Shown here: positions 40,301 to 55,600 of the stretch, piece by piece | Layout: every line of letters starts with the position of its first letter | How positions within the stretch are numbered: position 1 is the first letter of the stretch | Source of the DNA: Laetmonice hystrix | Lineage: Eukaryota | NCBI GenBank assembly: GCA_965235115.1 | Contig: OZ249436.1 | Location: 24,678,001 to 24,742,000, forward strand | Direction of reading: 5' to 3' | Length of the DNA stretch: 64,000 bases | Translations under genes and position numbers: made by a program | Notes under the pieces: generated by a model | The model's input: only the letters and a program-made list of their open reading frames with translations | Database searches by the model: none | What the model was told of the DNA's origin: nothing

Positions 40301-43300
40301 ACGCTGCAAGCGGCAGGAACTCGAATACAGGCCTAAAAGTAACCCCAGTCTAGCAATATCATACTCTCATGCCATATACGAGCTTGTAATTATCTTTAAT
40401 TAATGGGCTCCGCAGCACCAACCCACTGCATTAACATTTGTTTAACAGCTTAACGCACCTTGTAAAAAAATTTTCAAGTGCGTAAAAATGCGTGTCCACC
40501 TCCACATACTTTAAAAATCACTATACCCACCCAGCGACATTCACTCTAATACACGCCTAAGAGGAACTTTACTGTCCCATTTGATTCTCCAGCACGTATA
40601 GGATGTTTCAAGTAACATTTATCCACGGTCTGGCCCAATAACGTGCAACAAGGCATAGTAAGTCAATGCGAGCTCGCATGTCAAACCTAACCCGCCCCCC
40701 AGCACATGAGCTGAAAATATTCAAATAGCTTGAAAACTAGAATATAGCTTTGCTTAATACCATTATACCATCAACTCGCATTACAGGCCTAATGCGAAGC
40801 TCCCAGCCTAAAACGAGTTTCCAATTAATTTAAAGTTAACAAGATGCACTAATAATCGATTCCAAGCCTAATTAGGCCATTGCTAGTTGGATAACCAAAT
40901 CTCATACAAAATACACCTCCCGGCAGATGACCTGAGAATATTCAACTCTTATGTCCGATATATCCCTGTCCGCTCAGTAGCACCCAGCCGGGCCCCCATT
41001 TTGACATTGCAACACCAATACAGCAAGTGCCCAGCTAACAGCACAAATAACAGGATTCAGGGCTTCCTACCACGTTACAAGTCACAATAGATTGCTGCCT
41101 GTCGTAAAAATATACCAGACCATTTTAAAAAGTCACAGAACCCCAATCCGGCCCTAATATGTCACTCCCAGTACCAATAGACGCTGGAAGCACCATCAAC
41201 TGAAATTCAGGCCTAGAACCCACCTCTCTCTACCAATATCATGCACCTAGTCCGTATACGAGGTTGTAATTTACTTTAATCAACGGGCTGCGCCGCAGCA
41301 ACCCACTCTGGTCTTTGCAATCTTTTTCAATATGCGTTAACATTTGTAACCAGCTCAACGCGCCTTGTAAAATTTTTCAAAGTGCGTAAAAGTGTGTGTC
41401 CACCCCGACACGCTTTCCAAACCACTATACCCACCGAGCGACATCCACTCAAATACAGGCTTCGACCGATCCTCACTGTGCCAATAATCCGCCACAAGGC
41501 AAATTCAGTCAATGCAAGCTGGAAAATCGAATGTCAAACCTAATGCTCCCCCCCCCCCCAGCACGTTAACTGAAAATAATCAACTAGCTTGAAAACTAGA
41601 ATATAGCTTTGTTAAGCTAACAATCTACTCTCCCAGCGCCATCAACTCGCATACAGGCGTAAAAGCAAACGCACTGCCCCATATAATGCTTCCAGCCTAA
41701 AACGATGTTGCAATTAATTTAAAATTAACAAGATGCACTAGTAATCCGATCCAAGCCTAATTACGTCATTGCTAGTTTCATAACCAAATCTCACAGAAAA
41801 TACCCCACCCGCGCACATAACCTGAAAATATTCAACTTTTATCTCCAATGTATCCCTGTGCACCTAGTAGCACCCAAGCGGGCCCAATTTTGACATTCCA
41901 ACACAAATACCGCAAATACCCGCCTAATGGCACAAAAAACTTTCTACCCCGTTGCAAGTCACATTAGCTTGCTGCTTGTCGTAAAAAATGGTGCAGACCA
42001 TTTCTAAAGTCACAGTACCCCACTCCCGGCCTAATATTACGTTTCAGTATCCATATACGCTGCAAGCGGCAGGAACTCGAATACAGGCCTAAAAGTAACC
42101 CCAGTCTAGCAATATCATACTCTCATGCCATATACGAGCTTGTAATTATCTTTAATTAATGGGCTCCGCAGCACCAACCCACTGCATTAACATTTGTTTA
42201 ACAGCTTAACGCACCTTGTAAAAAATTTTCAAGTGCGTAAAAATGCGTGTCCACCTCCACATACTTTAAAAATCACTATACCCACCCAGCGACATTCACT
42301 CTAATACACGCCTAAGAGGAACTTCACTGTCCCATTTGATTCTCCAGCACGTATAGGATGTTTCAAGTAACATTTATCCACGGTCTGGCCCAATAACGTG
42401 CAACAAGGCATAGTAAGTCAATGCGACCTCGCATGTCAAACCTAACCCGCCCCCCAGCACATGAGCTGGAGATATTCAAATAGCTTGAAAACTAGAATAT
42501 AGCTTTGCTTAATACCATTATACCATCAACTCGCATTACAGGCCTAATGCGAAGCTCCCAGCCTAAAACGAGTTTCCAATTAATTTAAAGTTAACAAGAT
42601 GCACTAATAATCGATTCCAAGCCTAATTAGGCCATTGCTAGTTGGATAACCAAATCTCATACAAAATACACCCTCCCGGCAGATGACCTGAGAATATTCA
42701 ACTCTTATGTCCGATATATCCCTGTCCGCTTAGTAGCACCCAGCCGGGCCCCCATTTTGACATTGCAACACCAATACAGCAAGTGCCCAGCTAACAGCAC
42801 AAATAACAGGATTCAGGGCTTCCTACCACGTTACAAGTCACAATAGATTGCTGCCTGTCGTAAAAATATACCAGACCATTTTAAAAAGTCACAGAACCCC
42901 AATCCGGCCCTAATATGTCACTCCCAGTACCAATAGACGCTGGAAGCACCATCAACTGAAATTCAGGCCTAGAACCCACCTCTCTCTACCAATATCATGC
43001 ACCTAGTCCGTATACGAGGTTGTAATTTACTTTAATCAACGGGCTGCGCCGCAGCAACCCACTCTGGTCTTTGCAATCTTTTTCAATATGCGTTAACATT
43101 TGTGACCAGCTCAACGCGCCTTGTAAAATTTTTCAAAGTGCGTAAAAGTGTGTGTCCACCCCGACACGCTTTCCAAACCACTATACCCACCGAGCGACAT
43201 CCACTCAAATACAGGCTTCGACCGATCCTCACTGTGCCAATAATCCGCCACAAGGCAAATTCAGTCAATGCAAGCTGGAAAATCGAATGTCAAACCTAAT

Positions 43301-46300
43301 GCTCCCCCCCCCCAGCACGTTAACTGAAAAAAATCAACTAGCTTGAAAACTAGAATATAGCTTTGTTTAGCTAACAATCTACTCTCCCAGCGCCATCAAC
43401 TCGCATACAGGCGTAAAAGCAAACGCACTGCCCCATATAATGCTCCCAGCCTAAGACGATGTTGCAATTAATTTAAGATTAACAAGATGCACTAGTAATC
43501 CGATCCAAGCCTAATTACGTCATTGCTAGTTTCATAACCAAATCTCACAGAAAATACCCCACCCGCGCACATAACCTGAAAATATTCAACTTTTATCTCC
43601 AATGTATCCCTGTGCACCTAGTAGCACACAAGCGGGCCCAATTTTGACATCCCAACACAAATACCGCAAATACCCGCCTAATGGCACAAAAAACTTTCTA
43701 CCCCGTTGCAAGTCACATTAGCGTGCTGCTTGTCGTAAAAAATGGTGCAGACCATTTCTAAAGTCACAGTACCCCACTCCCGTCCTAATATTACGTTTCA
43801 GTATCCATATACGCTGCAAGCGGCAGGAACTCGAATACAGGCCTAAAAGTAACCTCAGTCTAGCAATATCATACTCCCATGCCATATACGAGCTTGTAAT
43901 TATCTTTAATTAATGGGCTCCGCAGCACCAACCCACTGCATTAACATTTGTTTAACAGCTTAACGCACCTTGTAAAATTTTTTCAAGTGCGTAAAAATGC
44001 GTGTCCACCTCCACATACTTTAAAAATCACTATACCCACCCAGCGACATCCACTCTAATACACGCCTAAAAGGAACTTCACTGTCCCATTTGATTCTCCA
44101 GCACGTATAGGATGTTTCAAGTAACATTCATCCACGGTCTGGCCCAATAACGTGCAACAAGGCATAGTAAGTCAATGCGAGCTCGCATGTCAAACCTAAC
44201 CCGCCCCCAAGCACATGAGCTGAAAATATTCAAATAGCTTGAAAACTAGAATATAGCTTTGCTTAATACCATTATACCATCAACTCGCATTACAGGCCTA
44301 ATGCGAAGCTCCCAGCCTAAAACGAGTTTCCAATAAATTTAAAGTTAACAAGATGCACTAATAATCGATTCCAAGCCTAATTAGGCCATTGCTAGTTGGA
44401 TAACCAAATCTCATACAAAATACACCCTCCCGGCAGATGACCTGAGAATATTCAACTCTTATGTCCGATATATCCCTGTCCGCTTTGTAGCACCCAGCCG
44501 GGCCCCCATTTTGACATTGCAACACCAATACAGCAAGTGCCCAGCTAACAGCACAAATAACAGGATTCAGGGCTTCCTACCACGTTACAAGTCACAATAG
44601 ATTGCTGCCTGTCGTAAAAATATACCAGACCATTTTAAAAAGTCACAGAACCCCAATCCGGCCCTAATATGTCACTCCCAGTACCAATACACTCTGGAAG
44701 CACCATCAACTGAAATTCAGGCCTAGAACCCACCTCTCTCTACCAATATCATGCACCTAGTCCGTATACGAGGTTGTAATTTACTTTAATCAACGGGCTG
44801 CGCCGCAGCAACCCACTCTGGTCTTTGCAATCTTTTTCAATATGCGTTAACATTTGTAACCAGCTCAACGCGCCTTGTAAAATTTTTCAAAGTGCGTAAA
44901 AGTGTGTGTCCACCCCGACACGCTTTCCAAACCACTATACCCACCGAGCGACATCCACTCAAATACAGGCTTCGACCGATCCTCACTGTGCCAATAATCC
45001 GCCACAAGGCAAATTCAGTCAATGCAAGCTGGAAAATCGAATGTCAAACCTAATGCTCCCCCCCCCAGCACGTTAACTGAAAATAATCAACTAGCTTGAA
45101 AACTAGAATATAGCTTTGTTAAGCTAACAATCTACTCTCCCAGCGCCATCAACTCGCATACAGGCGTAAAAGCAAACGCACTGCCCCATATAATGCTCCC
45201 AGCCTAAAACGATGTTGCAATTAATTTAAAATTAACAAGATGCACTAGTAATCCGATCCAAGCCTAATTACGTCATTGCTAGTTTCATAACCAAATCTCA
45301 CAGAAAATACCCCACCCGCGCACATAACCTGAAAATATTCAACTTTTATCTCCAATGTATCCCTGTGCACCTAGTAGCACCCAAGCGGGCCCAATTTTGA
45401 CATTCCAACACAAATACCGCAAATACCCGCCTAATGGCACAAAAAACTTTCTACCCCGTTGCAAGTCACATTAGCTTGCTGCTTGTCGTAAAAAATGGTG
45501 CAGACCATTTCTAAAGTCACAGTACCCCACTCCCGGCCTAATATTACGTTTCAGTATCCATATACGCTGCAAGCGGCAGGAACTCGAATACAGGCCTAAA
45601 AGTAACCCCAGTCTAGCAATATCATACTCTCATGCCATATACGAGCTTGTAATTATCTTTAATTAATGGGCTCCGCAGCACCAACCCACTGCATTAACAT
45701 TTGTTTAACAGCTTAACGCACCTTGTAAAAAATTTTCAAGTGCGTAAAAATGCGTGTCCACCTCCACATACTTTAAAAATCACTATACCCACCCAGCGAC
45801 ATTCACTCTAATACACGCCTAAGAGGAACTTCACTGTCCCATTTGATTCTCCAGCACGTATAGGATGTTTCAAGTAACATTTATCCACGGTCTGGCCCAA
45901 TAACGTGCAACAAGGCATAGTAAGTCAATGCGACCTCGCATGTCAAACCTAACCCGCCCCCCAGCACATGAGCTGGAGATATTCAAATAGCTTGAAAACT
46001 AGAATATAGCTTTGCTTAATACCATTATACCATCAACTCGCATTACAGGCCTAATGCGAAGCTCCCAGCCTAAAACGAGTTTCCAATTAATTTAAAGTTA
46101 ACAAGATGCACTAATAATCGATTCCAAGCCTAATTAGGCCATTGCTAGTTGGATAACCAAATCTCATACAAAATACACCCTCCCGGCAGATGACCTGAGA
46201 ATATTCAACTCTTATGTCCGATATATCCCTGTCCGCTTAGTAGCACCCAGCCGGGCCCCCATTTTGACATTGCAACACCAATACAGCAAGTGCCCAGCTA

Positions 46301-49300
46301 ACAGCACAAATAACAGGATTCAGGGCTTCCTACCACGTTACAAGTCACAATAGATTGCTGCCTGTCGTAAAAATATACCAGACCATTTTAAAAAGTCACA
46401 GAACCCCAATCCGGCCCTAATATGTCACTCCCAGTACCAATAGACGCTGGAAGCACCATCAACTGAAATTCAGGCCTAGAACCCACCTCTCTCTACCAAT
46501 ATCATGCACCTAGTCCGTATACGAGGTTGTAATTTACTTTAATCAACGGGCTGCGCCGCAGCAACCCACTCTGGTCTTTGCAATCTTTTTCAATATGCGT
46601 TAACATTTGTGACCAGCTCAACGCGCCTTGTAAAATTTTTCAAAGTGCGTAAAAGTGTGTGTCCACCCCGACACGCTTTCCAAACCACTATACCCACCGA
46701 GCGACATCCACTCAAATACAGGCTTCGACCGATCCTCACTGTGCCAATAATCCGCCACAAGGCAAATTCAGTCAATGCAAGCTGGAAAATCGAATGTCAA
46801 ACCTAATGCTCCCCCCCCCAGCACGTTAACTGAAAAAAATCAACTAGCTTGAAAACTAGAATATAGCTTTGTTTAGCTAACAATCTACTCTCCCAGCGCC
46901 ATCAACTCGCATACAGGCGTAAAAGCAAACGCACTGCCCCATATAATGCTCCCAGCCTAAGACGATGTTGCAATTAATTTAAGATTAACAAGATGCACTA
47001 GTAATCCGATCCAAGCCTAATTACGTCATTGCTAGTTTCATAACCAAATCTCACAGAAAATACCCCACCCGCGCACATAACCTGAAAATATTCAACTTTT
47101 ATCTCCAATGTATCCCTGTGCACCTAGTAGCACACAAGCGGGCCCAATTTTGACATCCCAACACAAATACCGCAAATACCCGCCTAATGGCACAAAAAAC
47201 TTTCTACCCCGTTGCAAGTCACATTAGCGTGCTGCTTGTCGTAAAAAATGGTGCAGACCATTTCTAAAGTCACAGTACCCCACTCCCGTCCTAATATTAC
47301 GTTTCAGTATCCATATACGCTGCAAGCGGCAGGAACTCGAATACAGGCCTAAAAGTAACCTCAGTCTAGCAATATCATACTCCCATGCCATATACGAGCT
47401 TGTAATTATCTTTAATTAATGGGCTCCGCAGCACCAACCCACTGCATTAACATTTGTTTAACAGCTTAACGCACCTTGTAAAATTTTTTCAAGTGCGTAA
47501 AAATGCGTGTCCACCTCCACATACTTTAAAAATCACTATACCCACCCAGCGACATCCACTCTAATACACGCCTAAAAGGAACTTCACTGTCCCATTTGAT
47601 TCTCCAGCACGTATAGGATGTTTCAAGTAACATTCATCCACGGTCTGGCCCAATAACGTGCAACAAGGCATAGTAAGTCAATGCGAGCTCGCATGTCAAA
47701 CCTAACCCGCCCCCAAGCACATGAGCTGAAAATATTCAAATAGCTTGAAAACTAGAATATAGCTTTGCTTAATACCATTATACCATCAACTCGCATTACA
47801 GGCCTAATGCGAAGCTCCCAGCCTAAAACGAGTTTCCAATAAATTTAAAGTTAACAAGATGCACTAATAATCGATTCCAAGCCTAATTAGGCCATTGCTA
47901 GTTGGATAACCAAATCTCATACAAAATACACCCTCCCGGCAGATGACCTGAGAATATTCAACTCTTATGTCCGATATATCCCTGTCCGCTTTGTAGCACC
48001 CAGCCGGGCCCCCATTTTGACATTGCAACACCAATACAGCAAGTGCCCAGCTAACAGCACAAATAACAGGATTCAGGGCTTCCTACCACGTTACAAGTCA
48101 CAATAGATTGCTGCCTGTCGTAAAAATATACCAGACCATTTTAAAAAGTCACAGAACCCCAATCCGGCCCTAATATGTCACTCCCAGTACCAATACACTC
48201 TGGAAGCACCATCAACTGAAATTCAGGCCTAGAACCCACCTCTCTCTACCAATATCATGCACCTAGTCCGTATACGAGGTTGTAATTTACTTTAATCAAC
48301 GGGCTGCGCCGCAGCAACCCACTCTGGTCTTTGCAATCTTTTTCAATATGCGTTAACATTTGTAACCAGCTCAACGCGCCTTGTAAAATTTTTCAAAGTG
48401 CGTAAAAGTGTGTGTCCACCCCGACACGCTTTCCAAACCACTATACCCACCGAGCGACATCCACTCAAATACAGGCTTCGACCGATCCTCACTGTGCCAA
48501 TAATCCGCCACAAGGCAAATTCAGTCAATGCAAGCTGGAAAATCGAATGTCAAACCTAATGCTCCCCCCCCCAGCACGTTAACTGAAAATAATCAACTAG
48601 CTTGAAAACTAGAATATAGCTTTGTTAAGCTAACAATCTACTCTCCCAGCGCCATCAACTCGCATACAGGCGTAAAAGCAAACGCACTGCCCCATATAAT
48701 GCTCCCAGCCTAAAACGATGTTGCAATTAATTTAAAATTAACAAGATGCACTAGTAATCCGATCCAAGCCTAATTATGTCATTGCTAGTTTCATAACCAA
48801 ATCTCACAGAAAATACCCCACCCGCGCACATAACCTGAAAATATTCAACTTTTATCTCCAATGTATCCCTGTGCACCTAGTAGCACCCAAGCGGGCCCAA
48901 TTTTGACATTCCAACACAAATACCGCAAATACCCGCCTAATGGCACAAAAAACTTTCTACCCCGTTGCAAGTCACATTAGCTTGCTGCTTGTCGTAAAAA
49001 ATGGTGCAGACCATTTCTAAAGTCACAGTACCCCACTCCCGGCCTAATATTACGTTTCAGTATCCATATACGCTGCAAGCGGCAGGAACTCGAATACAGG
49101 CCTAAAAGTAACCCCAGTCTAGCAATATCATACTCTCATGCCATATACGAGCTTGTAATTATCTTTAAATAATGGGCTCCGCAGCACTAACCCACTGCAT
49201 TAACATTTGTTTAACAGCTTAACGCACCTTGTAAAAAATTTTCAAGTGCGTAAAAATGCGTGTCCACCTCCACATACTTTAAAAATCACTATACCCACCC

Positions 49301-52095
49301 AGCGACATTCACTCTAATACACGCCTAAGAGGAACTTCACTGTCCCATTTGATTCTCCAGCACGTATAGGATGTTTCAAGTAACATTTATCCACGGTCTG
49401 GCCCAATAACGTGCAACAAGGCATAGTAAGTCAATGCGACCTCGCATGTCAAACCTAACCCGCCCCCCAGCACATGAGCTGGAGATATTCAAATAGCTTG
49501 AAAACTAGAATATAGCTTTGCTTAATACCATTATACCATCAACTCGCATTACAGGCCTAATGCGAAGCTCCCAGCCTAAAACGAGTTTCCAATTAATTTA
49601 AAGTTAACAAGATGCACTAATAATCGATTCCAAGCCTAATTAGGCCATTGCTAGTTGGATAACCAAATCTCATACAAAATACACCCTCCCGGCAGATGAC
49701 CTGAGAATATTCAACTCTTATGTCCGATATATCCCTGTCCGCTTAGTAGCACCCAGCCGGGCCCCCATTTTGACATTGCAACACCAATACAGCAAGTGCC
49801 CAGCTAACAGCACAAATAACAGGATTCAGGGCTTCCTACCACGTTACAAGTCACAATAGATTGCTGCCTGTCGTAAAAATATACCAGACCATTTTAAAAA
49901 GTCACAGAACCCCAATCCGGCCCTAATATGTCACTCCCAGTACCAATAGACGCTGGAAGCACCATCAACTGAAATTCAGGCCTAGAACCCACCTCTCTCT
50001 ACCAATATCATGCACCTAGTCCGTATACGAGGTTGTAATTTACTTTAATCAACGGGCTGCGCCGCAGCAACCCACTCTGGTCTTTGCAATCTTTTTCAAT
50101 ATGCGTTAACATTTGTGACCAGCTCAACGCGCCTTGTAAAATTTTTCAAAGTGCGTAAAAGTGTGTGTCCACCCCGACACGCTTTCCAAACCACTATACC
50201 CACCGAGCGACATCCACTCAAATACAGGCTTCGACCGATCCTCACTGTGCCAATAATCCGCCACAAGGCAAATTCAGTCAATGCAAGCTGGAAAATCGAA
50301 TGTCAAACCTAATGCTCCCCCCCCCCCCCCCAGCACGTTAACTGAAAATAATTAACTAGCTTGAAAACTAGAATATAGCTTTGTTAAGCTAACAATCTAC
50401 TCTCCCAGCGCCATCAACTCGCATACAGGCGTAAAAGCAAACGCACTGCCCCATATAATGCTCCCAGCCTAAAACGATGTTGCAATTAATTTAAAATTAA
50501 CAAGATGCACTAGTAATCCGATCCAAGCCTAATTACGTCATTGCTAGTTTCATAACCAAATCTCACAGAAAATACCCCACCCGCGCACATAACCTGAAAA
50601 TATTCAACTTTTATCTCCAATGTATCCCTGTGCACCTAGTAGCACCCAAGCGGGCCCAATTTTGACATTCCAACACAAATACCGCAAATACCCGCCTAAT
50701 GGCACAAAAAACTTTCTACCCCGTTGCAAGTCACATTAGCTTGCTGCTTGTCGTAAAAAATGGTGCAGACCATTTCTAAAGTCACAGTACCCCACTCCCG
50801 GCCTAATATTACGTTTCAGTATCCATATACGCTGCAAGCGGCAGGAACTCGAATACAGGCCTAAAAGTAACCCCAGTCTAGCAATATCATACTCTCATGC
50901 CATATACGAGCTTGTAATTATCTTTAATTAATGGGCTCCGCAGCACCAACCCACTGCATTAACATTTGTTTAACAGCTTAACGCACCTTGTAAAAAATTT
51001 TCAAGTGCGTAAAAATGCGTGTCCACTTCCACATACTTTAAAAATCACTATACCCACCCAGCGACATTCACTCTAATACACGCCTAAGAGGAACTTCACT
51101 GTCCCATTTGATTCTCCAGCACGTATAGGATGTTTCAAGTAACATTTATCCACGGTCTGGCCCAATAACGTGCAACAAGGCATAGTAAGTCAATGCGACC
51201 TCGCATGTCAAACCTAACCCGCCCCCCAGCACATGAGCTGGAGATATTCAAATAGCTTGAAAACTAGAATATAGCTTTGCTTAATACCATTATACCATCA
51301 ACTCGCATTACAGGCCTAATGCGAAGCTCCCAGCCTAAAACGAGTTTCCAATTAATTTAAAGTTAACAAGATGCACTAATAATCGATTCCAAGCCTAATT
51401 AGGCCATTGCTAGTTGGATAACCAAATCTCATACAAAATACACCCTCCCGGCAGATGACCTGAGAATATTCAACTCTTATGTCCGATATATCCCTGTCCG
51501 CTTAGTAGCACCCAGCCGGGCCCCCATTTTGACATTGCAACACCAATACAGCAAGTGCCCAGCTAACAGCACAAATAACAGGATTCAGGGCTTCCTACCA
51601 CGTTACAAGTCACAATAGATTGCTGCCTGTCGTAAAAATATACCAGACCATTTTAAAAAGTCACAGAACCCCAATCCGGCCCTAATATGTCACTCCCAGT
51701 ACCAATAGACGCTGGAAGCACCATCAACTGAAATTCAGGCCTAGAACCCACCTCTCTCTACCAATATCATGCACCTAGTCCGTATACGAGGTTGTAATTT
51801 ACTTTAATCAACGGGCTGCGCCGCAGCAACCCACTCTGGTCTTTGCAATCTTTTTCAATATGCGTTAACATTTGTGACCAGCTCAACGCGCCTTGTAAAA
51901 TTTTTCAAAGTGCGTAAAAGTGTGTGTCCACCCCGACACGCTTTCCAAACCACTATACCCACCGAGCGACATCCACTCAAATACAGGCTTCGACCGATCC
52001 TCACTGTGCCAATAATCCGCCACAAGGCAAATTCAGTCAATGCAAGCTGGAAAATCGAATGTCAAACCTAATGCTCCCCCCCCCCAGCACGTTAA

Positions 52096-52625
52096 AGGGG
52101 CATGCTATGAAACACGTTTTTTTAGATTTCCGGCAATTATCCAACATGATCGTGTGCTAGGTATCCAAGTAAATAATCCTACCACAGCATTTTGTCCTCC
52201 GACGTGTTTTCCCTGCGTATGCAGCACAAGTAGATTCTATACGACCAAACCTATAGATTTCTCCCGATAGCACATCTCCCGCCATAATTTGCTATAGACA
52301 ACCTCCCATCAACCCGTGTAATTGCATACTGTGTCAAATCCTGCGTGTGCACTCTCTGCATGTGCTTAGTCACGTGCTTCGCTTAGTTGTAAACAATTCA
52401 GCAGTTGCACTCGATCGTCCGGCATCAGAATGCCACCCAAAAAATATTTTACTAAATCGGCAGAAAAGCGGGCAAGGGAGCTTCATAAACTTCGATTTCT
52501 CACACAAAATGAAACTGATAAGTCTGTCTTTGTTTACCACGCAATATTAATGAAGGATCTCTTTATGAAAACAGCAAAAGTTCTTAGAAATACCGATTTT
52601 TCACGTTTCCTCATAATATGCACCT
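52096..52625. mobile_element. 530-bp MITE-like non-autonomous DNA transposon, TTAA TSD, AGG...CCT termini (Kolobok/T2-MITE type), copy 1
   Basis: The empty site is CACG-TTAA-CTG. TTAA occurs at 52092-52095 and 52626-52629. The TIR AGGGGCATGCTATGA matches the right-end reverse complement AGGTGCATATTATGA at 12/15. No ORF longer than ~80 aa. Confidence 0.9.
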
Positions 52626-55600
52626 TTAACTGAAAATAATCAACTAGCTTGAAAACTAGAATATAGCTTTGTTAAGCTAACAATCTACTCTCCCAGCGCC
52701 ATCAACTCGCATACAGGCGTAAAAGCAAACGCACTGCCCCATATAATGCTCCCAGCCTAAAACGATGTTGCAATTAATTTAAAATTAACAAGATGCACTA
52801 GTAATCCGATCCAAGCCTAATTACGTCATTGCTAGTTTCATAACCAAATCTCACAGAAAATACCCCACCCGCGCACATAACCTGAAAATATTCAACTTTT
52901 ATCTCCAATGTATCCCTGTGCACCTAGTAGCACCCAAGCGGGCCCAATTTTGACATTCCAACACAAATACCGCAAATACCCGCCTAATGGCACAAAAAAC
53001 TTTCTACCCCGTTGCAAGTCACATTAGCTTGCTGCTTGTCGTAAAAAATGGTGCAGACCATTTCTAAAGTCACAGTACCCCACTCCCGGCCTAATATTAC
53101 GTTTCAGTATCCATATACGCTGCAAGCGGCAGGAACTCGAATACAGGCCTAAAAGTAACCCCAGTCTAGCAATATCATACTCTCATGCCATATACGAGCT
53201 TGTAATTATCTTTAATTAATGGGCTCCGCAGCACCAACCCACTGCATTAACATTTGTTTAACAGCTTAACGCACCTTGTAAAAAATTTTCAAGTGCGTAA
53301 AAATGCGTGTCCACCTCCACATACTTTAAAAATCACTATACCCACCCAGCGACATTCACTCTAATACACGCCTAAGAGGAACTTCACTGTCCCATTTGAT
53401 TCTCCAGCACGTATAGGATGTTTCAAGTAACATTTATCCACGGTCTGGCCCAATAACGTGCAACAAGGCATAGTAAGTCAATGCGACCTCGCATGTCAAA
53501 CCTAACCCGCCCCCCAGCACATGAGCTGGAGATATTCAAATAGCTTGAAAACTAGAATATAGCTTTGCTTAATACCATTATACCATCAACTCGCATTACA
53601 GGCCTAATGCGAAGCTCCCAGCCTAAAACGAGTTTCCAATTAATTTAAAGTTAACAAGATGCACTAATAATCGATTCCAAGCCTAATTAGGCCATTGCTA
53701 GTTGGATAACCAAATCTCATACAAAATACACCCTCCCGGCAGATGACCTGAGAATATTCAACTCTTATGTCCGATATATCCCTGTCCGCTTAGTAGCACC
53801 CAGCCGGGCCCCCATTTTGACATTGCAACACCAATACAGCAAGTGCCCAGCTAACAGCACAAATAACAGGATTCAGGGCTTCCTACCACGTTACAAGTCA
53901 CAATAGATTGCTGCCTGTCGTAAAAATATACCAGACCATTTTAAAAAGTCACAGAACCCCAATCCGGCCCTAATATGTCACTCCCAGTACCAATAGACGC
54001 TGGAAGCACCATCAACTGAAATTCAGGCCTAGAACCCACCTCTCTCTACCAATATCATGCACCTAGTCCGTATACGAGGTTGTAATTTACTTTAATCAAC
54101 GGGCTGCGCCGCAGCAACCCACTCTGGTCTTTGCAATCTTTTTCAATATGCGTTAACATTTGTGACCAGCTCAACGCGCCTTGTAAAATTTTTCAAAGTG
54201 CGTAAAAGTGTGTGTCCACCCCGACACGCTTTCCAAACCACTATACCCACCGAGCGACATCCACTCAAATACAGGCTTCGACCGATCCTCACTGTGCCAA
54301 TAATCCGCCACAAGGCAAATTCAGTCAATGCAAGCTGGAAAATCGAATGTCAAACCTAATGCTCCCCCCCCCCCCAGCACGTTAACTGAAAAAAATCAAC
54401 TAGCTTGAAAACTAGAATATAGCTTTGTTTAGCTAACAATCTACTCTCCCAGCGCCATCAACTCGCATACAGGCGTAAAAGCAAACGCACTGCCCCATAT
54501 AATGCTCCCAGCCTAAGACGATGTTGCAATTAATTTAAGATTAACAAGATGCACTAGTAATCCGATCCAAGCCTAATTACGTCATTGCTAGTTTCATAAC
54601 CAAATCTCACAGAAAATACCCCACCCGCGCACATAACCTGAAAATATTCAACTTTTATCTCCAATGTATCCCTGTGCACCTAGTAGCACACAAGCGGGCC
54701 CAATTTTGACATCCCAACACAAATACCGCAAATACCCGCCTAATGGCACAAAAAACTTTCTACCCCGTTGCAAGTCACATTAGCGTGCTGCTTGTCGTAA
54801 AAAATGGTGCAGACCATTTCTAAAGTCACAGTACCCCACTCCCGTCCTAATATTACGTTTCAGTATCCATATACGCTGCAAGCGGCAGGAACTCGAATAC
54901 AGGCCTAAAAGTAACCTCAGTCTAGCAATATCATACTCCCATGCCATATACGAGCTTGTAATTATCTTTAATTAATGGGCTCCGCAGCACCAACCCACTG
55001 CATTAACATTTGTTTAACAGCTTAACGCACCTTGTAAAATTTTTTCAAGTGCGTAAAAATGCGTGTCCACCTCCACATACTTTAAAAATCACTATACCCA
55101 CCCAGCGACATCCACTCTAATACACGCCTAAAAGGAACTTCACTGTCCCATTTGATTCTCCAGCACGTATAGGATGTTTCAAGTAACATTCATCCACGGT
55201 CTGGCCCAATAACGTGCAACAAGGCATAGTAAGTCAATGCGAGCTCGCATGTCAAACCTAACCCGCCCCCAAGCACATGAGCTGAAAATATTCAAATAGC
55301 TTGAAAACTAGAATATAGCTTTGCTTAATACCATTATACCATCAACTCGCATTACAGGCCTAATGCGAAGCTCCCAGCCTAAAACGAGTTTCCAATAAAT
55401 TTAAAGTTAACAAGATGCACTAATAATCGATTCCAAGCCTAATTAGGCCATTGCTAGTTGGATAACCAAATCTCATACAAAATACACCCTCCCGGCAGAT
55501 GACCTGAGAATATTCAACTCTTATGTCCGATATATCCCTGTCCGCTTTGTAGCACCCAGCCGGGCCCCCATTTTGACATTGCAACACCAATACAGCAAGT

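Noticed and set aside
52096..52625. piggyBac assignment for the TTAA insertions
   Set aside because: Termini are AG...CT (RR...YY), not the CCY...RGG typical of piggyBac.
51924..52633. 67-78 aa ORFs overlapping the 530-bp element
   Set aside because: They are chimeric or overlapping frames with no transposase motifs.
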